64,000 bases of DNA from Nitrosopumilus sp. (GCA_965207445.1 CBDBLX010000002.1:480001-544000), one strand, 5' to 3'. Numbered from the stretch's first letter, positions 41,319 through 51,754 are shown. Numbers and translations are program-made. Notes: generated by a model from the sequence alone, not told the origin.

Positions 41319-43025
41319 TCATTTTTCTAGTTCGTCTAACAGGGCGCGTCTAGTAGAATACTCTTCTTTTATCTTGTTTAACAACTCTTCGTATCGCTCT
41401 TTACCCTTTGGCATCTCTTTAAGTTTTCCTAAATACTTTGAGACTCGCTTATAGTGTTCTCTATTACTTTTTTCACCTACAAATTTAAAGAGTTTGTCCA
41501 TATAGCATGCTGTGTATCTCTTTGAGCTTTTACGCATCAGTTTTGCTCTATATGACAAGACAAGCTCAACATCTGATGCTTGTTCTAACACATCCATGGC
41601 CTCTTCTGGCATCTCTTCTTTTATGCACATCTCTACTGCATTTTTAGGTGATATGTCTGTCAGTCTTGATATTGTCTGTTGTATGTTATCTTTCCATTTG
41701 GGCAGTACTCGCTTGAGTCTTATTATGTAATCCCATTCACCTGTTATTGCATATAGTTTTTCCAATATACGGCCCCTATACTTGTCATCATTGTCACCAA
41801 ATAATTTGTATGCGGCCTCTAGTACATTTGCGTCATCAGGAAATGTCTCTGTTGCCTTTATTGCTATATCTTTAATGTTACCTGCTGTTGTTACTGATAA
41901 TAATGATGCTGATGATGCTGACGATGATGATGATGCTGTTGCTGATAATGTGTACAATGCCTTCAAGTATAATACGCATATACCACTGTTCAGGGGAAAA
42001 CGTTCTGCAAGTAAGTCCACTATCTTTGCGTGTTGTTTCATCTGTTCTAATACATATGACTGCATGCGTAAAATCTCAACTAACTCCTCATTACTGATAT
42101 CTCTGTCATCTGGAATAACTGCAAGTTCAAGCCAGAACTTAAAATCACTTTGTGTATTGCATATTGTCTTTAGTCCATCATAATAATGTCTGGAAAACTT
42201 GGCACTTGCAGTACCATTGTTATTTGTAGCTTTTTCAAACAAATATGATATATAATCCCGTTTTTTCTCGTGGTCTAGACGTTCCCTTAATATGGTCTCT
42301 ATCATACCCTCGAGTGCTTCTATAAAACAATCTGCATAATACCCTGTATCATCTTTTACTTCATTTACTCTCTTTGATATTGTCTCTGCAATAATTTTGT
42401 ACATACCTGCGGACTCTGAATTATCTCCTTCACGTCTCTTTCTACGTGCCTCATCGAACTGTGGTTTAAAATCTATCATCTCAGTTATCTTTCCGTCATC
42501 TTCTCTCTCTGCATTTTTGTAAAGTGTATTCATATCTCCTGAATACTTACTTACATTATAGGCTGATTTTAGTTTATTTTTTGTAATGAATTTGTGTAAC
42601 ATATTACTGTCATTTGACATTATTTTTGCAAGAAACTCCAAGGCTTGTTCTGGTGTTATATTTTCAAGAAGATTTGATGTAGTATCTTCTGTTACGTTCC
42701 CATAGATGTCAAAGCTACTTGGATTGTGGTTTAGTTGAAACAAGACTGCTACTATACAATGACACATTGTGTCTTTTTGATAAATATGTTCACATGTACA
42801 TTTTGTATAGACTTGATGGTCAAACGTTAGGGTAATTTCTGGATAGTTGATCTCCATATTAATATCACATACAGTTGCAGTTATTTCATTCTCATCTATT
42901 TCCATCTCTAAAATGTCACCGTCCTCAAAGATCCGTTTGCCTTCTTTGTACGACTTTGGGTCGGCAAGATATTCAATATCTTCTAGACCTGGAATATTCA
43001 TATCTTCGTTTTCTCTTGATGACAT
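41319..43025 (-). CDS. SWIM zinc-finger domain protein with helical C-terminus
   Basis: KCTC-x9-CHCIVAVL (SWIM-like; the usual CxH is CxC here), preceded by SYKEGKRIF. Confidence 0.75.
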   Translation of the reverse strand: MSSRENEDMNIPGLEDIEYLADPKSYKEGKRIFEDGDILEMEIDENEITATVCDINMEINYPEITLTFDHQVYTKCTCEHIYQKDTMCHCIVAVLFQLNHNPSSFDIYGNVTEDTTSNLLENITPEQALEFLAKIMSNDSNMLHKFITKNKLKSAYNVSKYSGDMNTLYKNAEREDDGKITEMIDFKPQFDEARRKRREGDNSESAGMYKIIAETISKRVNEVKDDTGYYADCFIEALEGMIETILRERLDHEKKRDYISYLFEKATNNNGTASAKFSRHYYDGLKTICNTQSDFKFWLELAVIPDDRDISNEELVEILRMQSYVLEQMKQHAKIVDLLAERFPLNSGICVLYLKALYTLSATASSSSSASSASLLSVTTAGNIKDIAIKATETFPDDANVLEAAYKLFGDNDDKYRGRILEKLYAITGEWDYIIRLKRVLPKWKDNIQQTISRLTDISPKNAVEMCIKEEMPEEAMDVLEQASDVELVLSYRAKLMRKSSKRYTACYMDKLFKFVGEKSNREHYKRVSKYLGKLKEMPKGKERYEELLNKIKEEYSTRRALLDELEK

Positions 43026-43329
43026 AATATAACGTAAATGGATGGTTATTTGAATTTGACTATACGTATTTTTCTCAAATTTGAATGATTGTGTGTAATT
43101 TTACGTATTTGATGACATTTGATCTTTGAGATTATCTCTATATGTGATTTAATTCTTGTATGCCAAATGGCATAATTTGTGACAAATGAGTTGTGCAGAC
43201 GTTTGCCTAACATAAAAGTTATGTAATTTTCTAAATTTGTATTATACTTTGTATAATTCGTATAATTGTTGTATTGTAAAAATAATGTAAGAACAATACT
43301 TTTATATATCACAATATTGTAGTATTTGT

Positions 43330-44232
43330 ATGAATGAAAAAACCAAACAAGTTCTAGAGGATTTAGTCAGCAAGTTTGCAGATGGTACTGACAAACTGCC
43401 CGAGGCAATCGCAAAGTCGTACATAATGGCACCTGCTGTACCGTGCTCAAAGTGGACAATAAACAACCGTGTACTGACACTGTTAAATGGCACTACTGAT
43501 GCACGTGGGTACAGGCAATGGCAGCAAGTAAACAGACATGTCAAAAAAGGTGCAAAGGCAATTTACATTTTGGTTCCCAAAATGATTACTGTAAAAGACG
43601 ATAATGCTGATTCCCAAAAAGACTGTGAAAAAAACAATAACAGTAAAAATGACAAAGACTGTAAAGACGACAAAGAGCGCAAAAAGGCAAAACAATGCAT
43701 TGGCTTTTCAACGTGCCCTGTGTTTCGGTACGAAGATACTGAAGGTGACCCTCTTGAGGAGTATGTGCCCAAAGAGTTACCTCCGTTGTTTGGCCTTGCA
43801 AAGTACAATGGTATAGATGTCCTATATGCCAATACAATATCTGGTGAATATGGGAGTATCAATGTAGATGATAAACATATCACATTGAGTACCGAATCAC
43901 CTGATACATATTTGCACGAGCTGGTTCATTATTATGATCTGCGCGAGCGCAAAAACATCAAGCATGGACAAGATGCAACGCAAGAGACTGTAGCACAATT
44001 GGCAGCATGTGTATTGGCACGCATGTATTCTGATTATGATGCTAGTCGATACACCTGGGATTACATCGCCGGGTATGCCGATGCCACAGAACCTGCAAAA
44101 GTCGCCAAACAATGTCTCAAGGTGATGGAGCGCGTAGGCTCTATAATCGATGCAATCATATCTGATGCACACAAGATTGGTGCTGTTGGTAACATATCTG
44201 ATGCACACAAAATCAGTCATGTTACTGCATAA
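43330..44232 (+). CDS. ArdC-like antirestriction / ssDNA-binding protein with zincin-like HExxH domain
   Basis: WTINNRVL, RGYRQWQQVNRHVKKGAKAIYILVP, PVF...DTEG, LHELVH, ETVAQLAA. Confidence 0.8.
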   Translation: MNEKTKQVLEDLVSKFADGTDKLPEAIAKSYIMAPAVPCSKWTINNRVLTLLNGTTDARGYRQWQQVNRHVKKGAKAIYILVPKMITVKDDNADSQKDCEKNNNSKNDKDCKDDKERKKAKQCIGFSTCPVFRYEDTEGDPLEEYVPKELPPLFGLAKYNGIDVLYANTISGEYGSINVDDKHITLSTESPDTYLHELVHYYDLRERKNIKHGQDATQETVAQLAACVLARMYSDYDASRYTWDYIAGYADATEPAKVAKQCLKVMERVGSIIDAIISDAHKIGAVGNISDAHKISHVTA

Positions 44233-44990
44233 TCACCATTCACATCTCTTTTTTTAATTACTTCAACTGTATACATGTTTACAAAGTGATCTTTTTATTT
44301 ACTTGTATATTTAAAATTAAAAATTTAATATGACTTTTAAAATTGAAATTATAAATACTCTATTAGATATTGATCATAACTGTGTGCTTACATTGATGTA
44401 AATTATCCATGTGAACCAAGCTCTTTGTATGTAATAATGAAATCATACATCTAGGTGTATTTGGCAACATACTTGTTTGCATATAGTATCGTACATAGTA
44501 ATTAAAACAAGGCTAAGGATGGTCTGCAGGTATTGTCCGTCTCGCTGGGGCTAGGTGTGAAATGCCTCTTGGGCCCCTGCCTCAAAAACCCTGGTGAACT
44601 TTGCAAACCTCTGCTCGTCAGTTATGATGTTGGTGATGGGGATCGTATAAAGCAGCCCGTGTCTGGAAAAGTATACGGCACTGCGATATCATGATGTCCT
44701 TCCGACAGCCCACGGGCTCGCCCACACCTGCCCCGCGCGTCTGCATGTGTACGCGCAAAGCCATGCGCGCGTCCGTTTAAGGTTGTCAGGACACGACACC
44801 ATCCGGACTGGCCGAGCCTTCGGTACGGACTCTTCTCATTCTCAAAACGTCCTGTTAGACAGATCCGGAACGCCACCCAAAAACCCGGCAGAAAATCATC
44901 ATCACCAATGCTGAAATCGGATCCGCTTCAAAGATACAGTCCCTTAAGTTATACGCCTACAAAAACCGGACCTTTGAACACGGAATCGTC

Positions 44991-45989
44991 TCACAGGTGC
45001 TTTACCACGAATCCTGACTCCTTGCAGCCGTCATAGTTGTGGCGTATCTCTGTGGGCCAACCCTTTCCTGTATCGAGAAGATCAAGTGATTGCCTCATTT
45101 CCCTGAGCCGGTCATAATAGTCGTGGTTTCTCTCAATCAGACACTCTGTAAATTCTGACTGTACAAGCGAGTCGCTCTTTTGCAGGTTGCAGTTCTGGCA
45201 GCTGAGAACCAAGTTCCATGGATCGTCGTCAAACACGTATGACCACGGTATAAAGTGGTCGACGTTTATGTAGCCCCTCTCCAGTCTCGCACAGCAGTAA
45301 AAGCAGTGGGTGGAATCTCTGAACATGGTGCGGTACTTGTTAAGGCTGCCCCTCCTTGCGTTGGCGTTCTCCAGCTTTGAGACTAGCTTGGGCATGGTGT
45401 TTATCTTTTCAAGATACCGTGTCCACTCTACCAGGACTGCCTTTAGTAGCACGTCGTAATGACTGCTCAAAAACTTGGAGACTCCATCCTTGAAGTGGAT
45501 CATCTTTTCCTTGTCGTTGTGGGTGTAGAATACGTTTGCATCTTCCTTGCTGAGCCCCTTGATGTTCTGGAACCTGGGTACGACTTGGGACGTACCGCTG
45601 CTTTCGTTTCCAAACACCCTCTTCATCATACTCTCTTCTGCAGCCTCCTTGGACTCCTTATCGACGTCTTTGAATATCTTGGCGGGATCGTTTCCAAATC
45701 TCTCCTGTATGATCTGCACGGCATGGGGAATGCTTTTCGTGCTAAAACTCTGTTTTATTCTGAATAGGGACTCTTGGTGCCAATAGTACTTTACAAAGGA
45801 TTCTGCAAGATAGTCATACGTCACGTGATCCCTGATGCTGGGATCTGATCCGTAGTCTGACTGCTTTCTACAGTGCTCAAGCAGGGCCCTGGCCAATGCG
45901 AACTTGTACGTGTTGCTCTTGCTCCCCTTAGTCAGTATGCGCAGAAATGCCTTCCGTAACTCGGCATCAGACGGAACCTCGGATCCCAT
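44991..45989 (-). CDS. HNH endonuclease, putative restriction/defence nuclease
   Basis: N-terminal SNTYKFALARAL; CFYC...VDHFIPWS...WNLVLSCQNCN..KS. Confidence 0.88.
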   Translation of the reverse strand: MGSEVPSDAELRKAFLRILTKGSKSNTYKFALARALLEHCRKQSDYGSDPSIRDHVTYDYLAESFVKYYWHQESLFRIKQSFSTKSIPHAVQIIQERFGNDPAKIFKDVDKESKEAAEESMMKRVFGNESSGTSQVVPRFQNIKGLSKEDANVFYTHNDKEKMIHFKDGVSKFLSSHYDVLLKAVLVEWTRYLEKINTMPKLVSKLENANARRGSLNKYRTMFRDSTHCFYCCARLERGYINVDHFIPWSYVFDDDPWNLVLSCQNCNLQKSDSLVQSEFTECLIERNHDYYDRLREMRQSLDLLDTGKGWPTEIRHNYDGCKESGFVVKHL

Positions 45990-46837
45990 GGGTAAATTCG
46001 TCTGAGACCAAATATATTCTGGTATGTAATGGCGGTTCGTTGCTCAAAGAATCTGTCGCACCAATTACGTGTACATCACAAATCATCGTGATAATGTCTA
46101 AGAGATACTGTCTGTACTGCGCATGACAGGCGGCACGAGACGGCATATGTTTTGGTGGTCTTTTCTTTTTTTATGTAGGAACGTTTGGCTGCTGAAAGTC
46201 ACTTTTTGTAAAAGATTTTTGCTTTACAGTATATGAGTCTCCGCTCCTTTTGCTGGTGGATTTTTTGATGACTATTTTGCTCTCGCATATGATGAGTTGA
46301 CATACTTGGGATTACACATCCTGTCACGAATCTGTGGTGATGGATTGACATATCTGGTATGTACGATTGTTTGATGTGACTATAACCTAGACCCCTGGAA
46401 TAAAATGACAATGTCCGTACCATGGCAAGTGTAGATAGTCTACATCGGTAGTTTGCAATGTGTTTTATGTGATTTTATTTGAATAATCTACAATATTGTT
46501 GAACATTAATGATCATACTTGATCAGATCAAATAAAAAGTATACTATATGAGAATATACTAGTACCTCTGATTTTATATGAAAAATGAGATACTAGAACA
46601 TCAATATAATTAGGACAGATAAATTATAAAGTTTTACGAAAACGATTCGTCGATCTCAGACTAAAGATATCCACCATATGTAACAGCAAGTATGGTATGG
46701 ATGATTATCTTGGTATACACTTACTACCATGTCACTCAACAATACCTGTGTGTAAATGCAGCAACACACAAAAGAAAACACAACAAAGCTAACTATTTTA
46801 GAAAAAACGCGTGTATACACACACCATCTGAAAATAC

Positions 46838-47176
46838 CAGTAGTTCGCAATGTGCTCAATTTTTAATGATCTTATTTCTAATTATGCAGTGCGGCAGATT
46901 TACAATGGTAAGGAACCACCGTGTAGGTTCGATTACTGTTGATATTTTTTGGAATGTTGTTGTATGGCTTGTGGGTAATGGCAAGGTACGAAAATTACGA
47001 CGGACTTGTAGATGAAAAATTATTTACAATGGATGCGTTTGTGGATTCAGTTGCCGGATTGATCAGAAAACTGCTTTAATGGGAATTAAAACATAGTAGT
47101 TACTTGCCATAGTAAATGTATCACACTATATAATTAAAAATAAGATCATTAAAATTGGACACATTGCGAACTACTG
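46838..47176. mobile_element. ISH3-family-derived non-autonomous element (339 bp) with long inverted ends and 4-bp TSD ATAC
   Basis: Ends are cagtagttcgcaatgtg...cacattgcgaactactg, flanked by atac on both sides. The interior is the transposase 3' end also seen at ~49970-50225 and ~55297-55483. Confidence 0.75.
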
Positions 47177-47243
47177 ATACTGCGCTCTTTGACCCCCTGC
47201 ACATCAAGTTAATTTTCATATAGGGTGTAGGTATAGAACAGAC

Positions 47244-48431
47244 ATGTCCAGACATGTAAACCCCTTCAGGCCGGGTTCGGGCCTGCAGCCCCCGTATCTT
47301 GCAGGAAGGGATGTGGAGCTGGAGAGGTTCTCGCAGATGCTACAGCAAATGCAGGAAGGACAGGTTCGCAACCTTATGGTACAGGGCCTGAGGGGCGTGG
47401 GAAAGACAGTTCTCCTGAAAGAGTTCGTCAAGATATGCACCGACAACAAACTCCTCCCAGTTACGCGGCTCCAGTTTAGTAGCAAGCACTCGGATCCCGC
47501 AGAGTTCACCCGGGCCCTGCAGCACGATTTGAACAACGCTATGGGAAGCCTCTCTAGAGTGGAAAAGACAAAGCAAAAGCTGCAGGATGCTGCCCGGCAG
47601 ATAAAGCCGCAAAAGATCGACGTCATGGGAGTCGGGTGGGAATTTAAGCACGATCCTGCCAGCCGCATACCGCTGGAGAACCAGATAACCGATTATCTAG
47701 AAAAATGGTGGAAAGTCGTACAGGAAAGCGGCTACGACGGGATAGTGCTCCTCTTTGACGAGTTCCACACGGTGAGTGATGTAAAGTCCAACAGCTGGTA
47801 CATACTCACGGACTTCCTCGGAGCGGTAAACGAGATCCAGTCCAATGGGTGCAGGTACTCGCTTGTCTTGTGCGGACTGCCTACTCTTATGCCCAACGTC
47901 AAGGCTGCGCGCTCTTATGCCGAGCGGATGTTCGGCGTGATGAACATATCCAACTTGGACAAGGAAAACGCCAGAGCCGCCATATCAAAACCTCTGGTGG
48001 ATACGGCCTGGCGCTTCTCAGATGACTTGGTATCGTCAATTGTGCGGGACACTGACAGTTACCCATATTTTATCCAGTTCTTTTGTAGTGAGATCATACT
48101 TCGTACTGACAAAGAACATGTCACTCTAGACGACTACGAAAAAATCAAGGATCAGATAACAAGAGATCTCGGACGCGACTTCTTTGATCAGCGCATCGAG
48201 CCGTTAAGCGCGACACAAAGGCTCGTGCTGTACTCAGCCGCCTCCCTCACTGATCTGGATCTGGAGTTCTCTTCTATCCAAAAGTCATTGAATGTGGGCA
48301 AGGGAGCGCTTTCCAGTCACTTGAAGCGTCTGGAAGAGAAGGGACTGATCTACAGGTCAGGGCGGGGGACTTATCGTCTTGCCATGCCGTTGCTTGGCAA
48401 ATATCTACGATTGAGGATGCAGTCAGAATAA
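47244..48431 (+). CDS. AAA+/P-loop ATPase (AAA_16-like) with C-terminal winged HTH
   Basis: NPFRPGSG..PPYLAGR, GLRGVGKT (Walker A), LLFDEFH (Walker B), YPYFIQ, LSSHLKRLEEKGLIYRSGRGTY. Confidence 0.88.
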   Translation: MSRHVNPFRPGSGLQPPYLAGRDVELERFSQMLQQMQEGQVRNLMVQGLRGVGKTVLLKEFVKICTDNKLLPVTRLQFSSKHSDPAEFTRALQHDLNNAMGSLSRVEKTKQKLQDAARQIKPQKIDVMGVGWEFKHDPASRIPLENQITDYLEKWWKVVQESGYDGIVLLFDEFHTVSDVKSNSWYILTDFLGAVNEIQSNGCRYSLVLCGLPTLMPNVKAARSYAERMFGVMNISNLDKENARAAISKPLVDTAWRFSDDLVSSIVRDTDSYPYFIQFFCSEIILRTDKEHVTLDDYEKIKDQITRDLGRDFFDQRIEPLSATQRLVLYSAASLTDLDLEFSSIQKSLNVGKGALSSHLKRLEEKGLIYRSGRGTYRLAMPLLGKYLRLRMQSE

Positions 48432-48477
48432 CGCTCAGACAACCGGCCTTGGTAGGATTCGAGTCTGCAAATCATGT

Positions 48478-49867
48478 TTGGCGCCTACCAAAGTCGACAA
48501 AGTCTACAAAGTCGACAACATTGTGGACTCCCGCGCCCGACGCCTGCCAAAGTCTACAAAGTCTACAAAGTCTACAAAGTCTACAAAGTCTACAACATTG
48601 TGGACTCCCGCGCCCGACGCCTGCCAAAGTCTACAAAGTCTACAAAGTCTACAAAGTCTACAAAGTCGACAAAGTCGACAACATTGTGGACTCCCGCGCC
48701 CGACGCCTGCCAAAGTCTACAAAGTCTACAAAGTCTACAAAGTCTACAAAGTCTACAACATTGTGGACTCCCGCGCCCGACGCCTGCCAAAGTCTACAAA
48801 GTCTACAAAGTCTACAAAGTCTACAAAGTCTACAAAGTCGACAACATTGTGGACTCCCGCGCCCGACGCCTGCCAAAGTCTACAAAGCCTCTACAAAGTC
48901 TACAAAGTCCCGCGCCCGACGCCTGCCAAAGTCTAACATTGTCGACAAAGTCTACAAAGTCTACAAAGTCGACAAAGTCTACAAAGTCGACAACATTGTG
49001 GACTCCCGCGCCCGACGCCTGCCAAAGTCTACAAAGTCTACAAAGTCTACAAAGTCGACAAAGTCTACAAAGTGGACTCCCGCGCCCGACAACATTCTAC
49101 AAAGTCTACTCGACAACATTGTGGACTCCCGCGCCCGACGCCTGTCTACAAAGTACAAAGGCGACGCTACAAAGCCAAAGTCTACAAAGTCTACAAAGTC
49201 TACAAAGTCTACAAAGTCTACAAAGTCGACAACATTGTGGACTCCCGCGCCCGACGCCTGCCAAAGTCTACAAAGTCTACAAAGTCTACAAAGTCTACAA
49301 AGTCTACAGTCAAGTCTACACATTGTGGACTCCCGCGCCCGACGCCTGCCAAAGTCTACAACATTGTGGACTCCCGCGCCCGACGCCTGCCAAAGTCTAC
49401 AAAGTCTACAAAGTCGACAAAGTCTACAAAGTCGACAACATTGTGGACTCCCGCGCCCGACGCCTGCCAAAGTCAAAGTCTACAAAGTCTACAAAGTCGA
49501 CAACATTGTGGACTCCCGCGCCCGACGCCTGCCAAAGGCCAAAGTCTACAAAGTCTACAAAGTCTACAAAGTCGACAAAGTCGACAACAAAGTCTACAAA
49601 GTCTACAAAGTCGACAAAACAACATTGTGGACTCCCGCGCCCGACGCCTGCCAAAGTCTACAAAGTCTACAAAGTCTACAAAGTCTACAAAGTCGACAAA
49701 GTCGACAACATTGTGGACTCCCGCGCCCGACGCCTGCCAAAGTCTACAACATTGTGGACTCCCGCGCCCGACGCCTGCCAAAGTCTACAAAGTCTACAAA
49801 GTCGACAAAGTCGACAAAGTCGACAACATTGTGGACTCCCGCGCCCGACGCCTGCCAAAGTCTACAA
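48478..49867. repeat. Composite tandem array: about 18 copies of a 32-bp GC-rich core separated by 1-6+ copies of the 9-mer caaagtc(t/g)a
   Basis: Core caacattgtggactcccgcgcccgacgcctgc; first units are 77, 86, 77 and 86 bp; middle portion is degenerate. Confidence 0.95.
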
Positions 49868-50225
49868 AGAAACTCATCAAAACCATCCCGGAGACTTATC
49901 GCAAGCGTTGGATAACAGAGACCGGATACAGAGTGATAAAAAAATACGACTTCAAAGACCCAGTAACGCTTTGCAGGTTCAATTATTGTTGATATTTTTT
50001 GGAATGCTGTTGTATGGCTTGTGGGCAATGGCAAGGTACGAAAATTACGGCGGATTTGCAGGTGGAAAATTATTCACAATGGATTGTTTATGGATTCAAT
50101 TGCCGGATCAATCAGAAGACTACTTCGGTGGGAATTAGAACACGGTGGTTCCTTGCCATTGTAAATCTGCCGCACTGCATAATTAAAAATAAGATCATTA
50201 AAAATTTGCACATTGCGAACTACTG
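49868..50225 (+). pseudogene. ISH3/IS4-like transposase 3' remnant with right terminal repeat
   Basis: YRKRWITETGYRVIK (YREK motif), frameshifted LLIFFGMLLYGLWAMAR, ends in cacattgcgaactactg. Confidence 0.8.
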
Positions 50226-50520
50226 ACGTGGAGGGGGTTATCATGTATTCTATGCAGATGCATAAAACCGGGGAGTATCTTTTATCCTGCCCGGATTCTG
50301 GGGGGGGGGGGGGGGGATGGCCGGCAGAAAAATGTGTGGCAGATGCGGCTGCCCCTCCCCCAGGCACACCACCTCGTAATGCGTATCATGGGGGCAGACG
50401 GCACAGAAGAGCCGACGCGCCAAAAGTGCTGGGACTGTGGGTGTGAAGGAGCGGGGACGTAAACCGCGTCCGTAATAAGCAAGAATCTATACACTCCTTG
50501 CCATACGGGCGAATGTTGGC

Positions 50521-50898
50521 CTAGACCGCTGCAAAAACGGCCGCCACCGCGATCGTGACTGCGGCAGAGATAGATGCCAAAATTGTCAGTAATTTGAGCA
50601 TGTTTCCTCCTACAGATCTGTGTATCATGTGCGTACCAAAGCCAGCTGCCGCGCCAACAAGTACCGCGCCCGTTGGCCCCAGAAACCCTGACAGGGGAAA
50701 TGATAGAAAAAATCCCAGCAGCGCCGATAGTGCAAGGCCCATTCCTGTGACGTTTTTTTCACGCATGGCGAGGATCAGAAATGCCACTGCGCTGCCGACT
50801 GTAGCTGCCACCATTACGATTATGGCACTGCTTGAAAAGTAGTATAATTCTGCAATGTTTGCAAAAATAAAAAAATGAGTGGGCGGGATTAAATTCAT
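50521..50898 (-). CDS. Small membrane protein resembling a fragment of the Amt ammonium-transporter fold
   Basis: AATVGSAVAFLI...KNVTGMGLALSALLG..LSFPLSGFLGPTGAVLVGAAAG resembles the Amt K...G...G.laG.vaitP.aG.v.p..A.iiG segment; judged by eye. Confidence 0.4.
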   Translation of the reverse strand: MNLIPPTHFFIFANIAELYYFSSSAIIVMVAATVGSAVAFLILAMREKNVTGMGLALSALLGFFLSFPLSGFLGPTGAVLVGAAAGFGTHMIHRSVGGNMLKLLTILASISAAVTIAVAAVFAAV

Positions 50899-51215
50899 TT
50901 AGCTTCCGTAAACAGTGGATGATATGAACGTTCCCGGCGCGCTGTAACCTGACGGACAGAAATTCAGCGTCTTTGTACCGTAGCTTGGAACATACGGACT
51001 ATAGGAGACATTGCAAGTGTGTACCCACTGGCCGTTTACTCTGACGTTGTGGTAGTTGATTGTGTCTACTGTCTGTCCGCCGTTTGTGGTTTTTGGTAAC
51101 TATTTTGTTGGACACTTAAATTCTTATGATTATATACTATGATAATTTTGGTTTAAAAAATTTGATCAAAAACCCTAATAATTTAATCTAGAGGGTATTA
51201 AATCAAAACGCTTCC

Positions 51216-51293
51216 ATCTATCATTAAGTGGAAATAAAATGATAGACAGGAACGATATTAGATCATCACAAAAATGTGATTTAAGCGATCAGT
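51216..51293. repeat. 78-bp direct repeat, copy 1 (identical to 53527-53604), with internal hairpins
   Basis: atctatcattaagtgg...ttaagcgatcagt. Confidence 0.9.
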
Positions 51294-51754
51294 AGATATT
51301 ATGCACAATGACACAATCAAATTTTTGTGACCATATTAGGTATGACTGATAAGATCATATGTTTAAGCTTAAATGCATTTATAACAAAAAACCTGCCAGT
51401 ATTGATAATTATATATGATTAATTAATTAATAATATATGTTCATAAAAAGATCTAAATATATGGGCCTATAAATAATTGTATGAAATCTAACTTAGATTC
51501 TACGATATCGTGTGATGGGCGCGACAGTGACGCTTTTGATACAATCTATCTGGATTCAGATGAGTGTGTTAATGGACGTGATCGATCGCGAAATGTCCAA
51601 AGTACAAAAAGTGGACAGAGGCGTCACTCACAGAGATAATTATTGGGCGCCATTGAAAAGAACTGTCTACTGATCAAAGCGCGCGCAGGTGGACGGGATT
51701 TGACAAGCGTGGACTTGATCTGATTTGGACATCTTTTTCTGAGCATGGGAGGAA

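Noticed and set aside
44157..44210. 18-bp duplication at the end of the ArdC-like gene as a fourth repeat-spacer-repeat unit
   Set aside because: The period is 36 bp and in frame (ISDAHKI twice); it is an ordinary tandem duplication with different geometry.
46199..46830. Possible further transposase relics (LSFYSRGLG..., ...EIDESF...)
   Set aside because: Too degraded to assign a family by eye; needs a translated search against ISfinder.
47244..48431. Calling the ATPase orc1/cdc6
   Set aside because: The architecture is similar, but the N-terminal NPF.PG.G..PP.LAGR pattern fits the AAA_16-like family, and I saw no canonical ORB elements.
48478..49867. CRISPR array
   Set aside because: The intervening sequences are runs of one 9-mer rather than unique spacers, their lengths vary widely, and no cas genes are in the window.
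48449..50138. Long ORFs (488, 554, 306 aa and others) across the array
   Set aside because: They are open only because the repeat lacks stops on this strand, and the translation cycles through all frames. Only the distal transposase-like part is credible.
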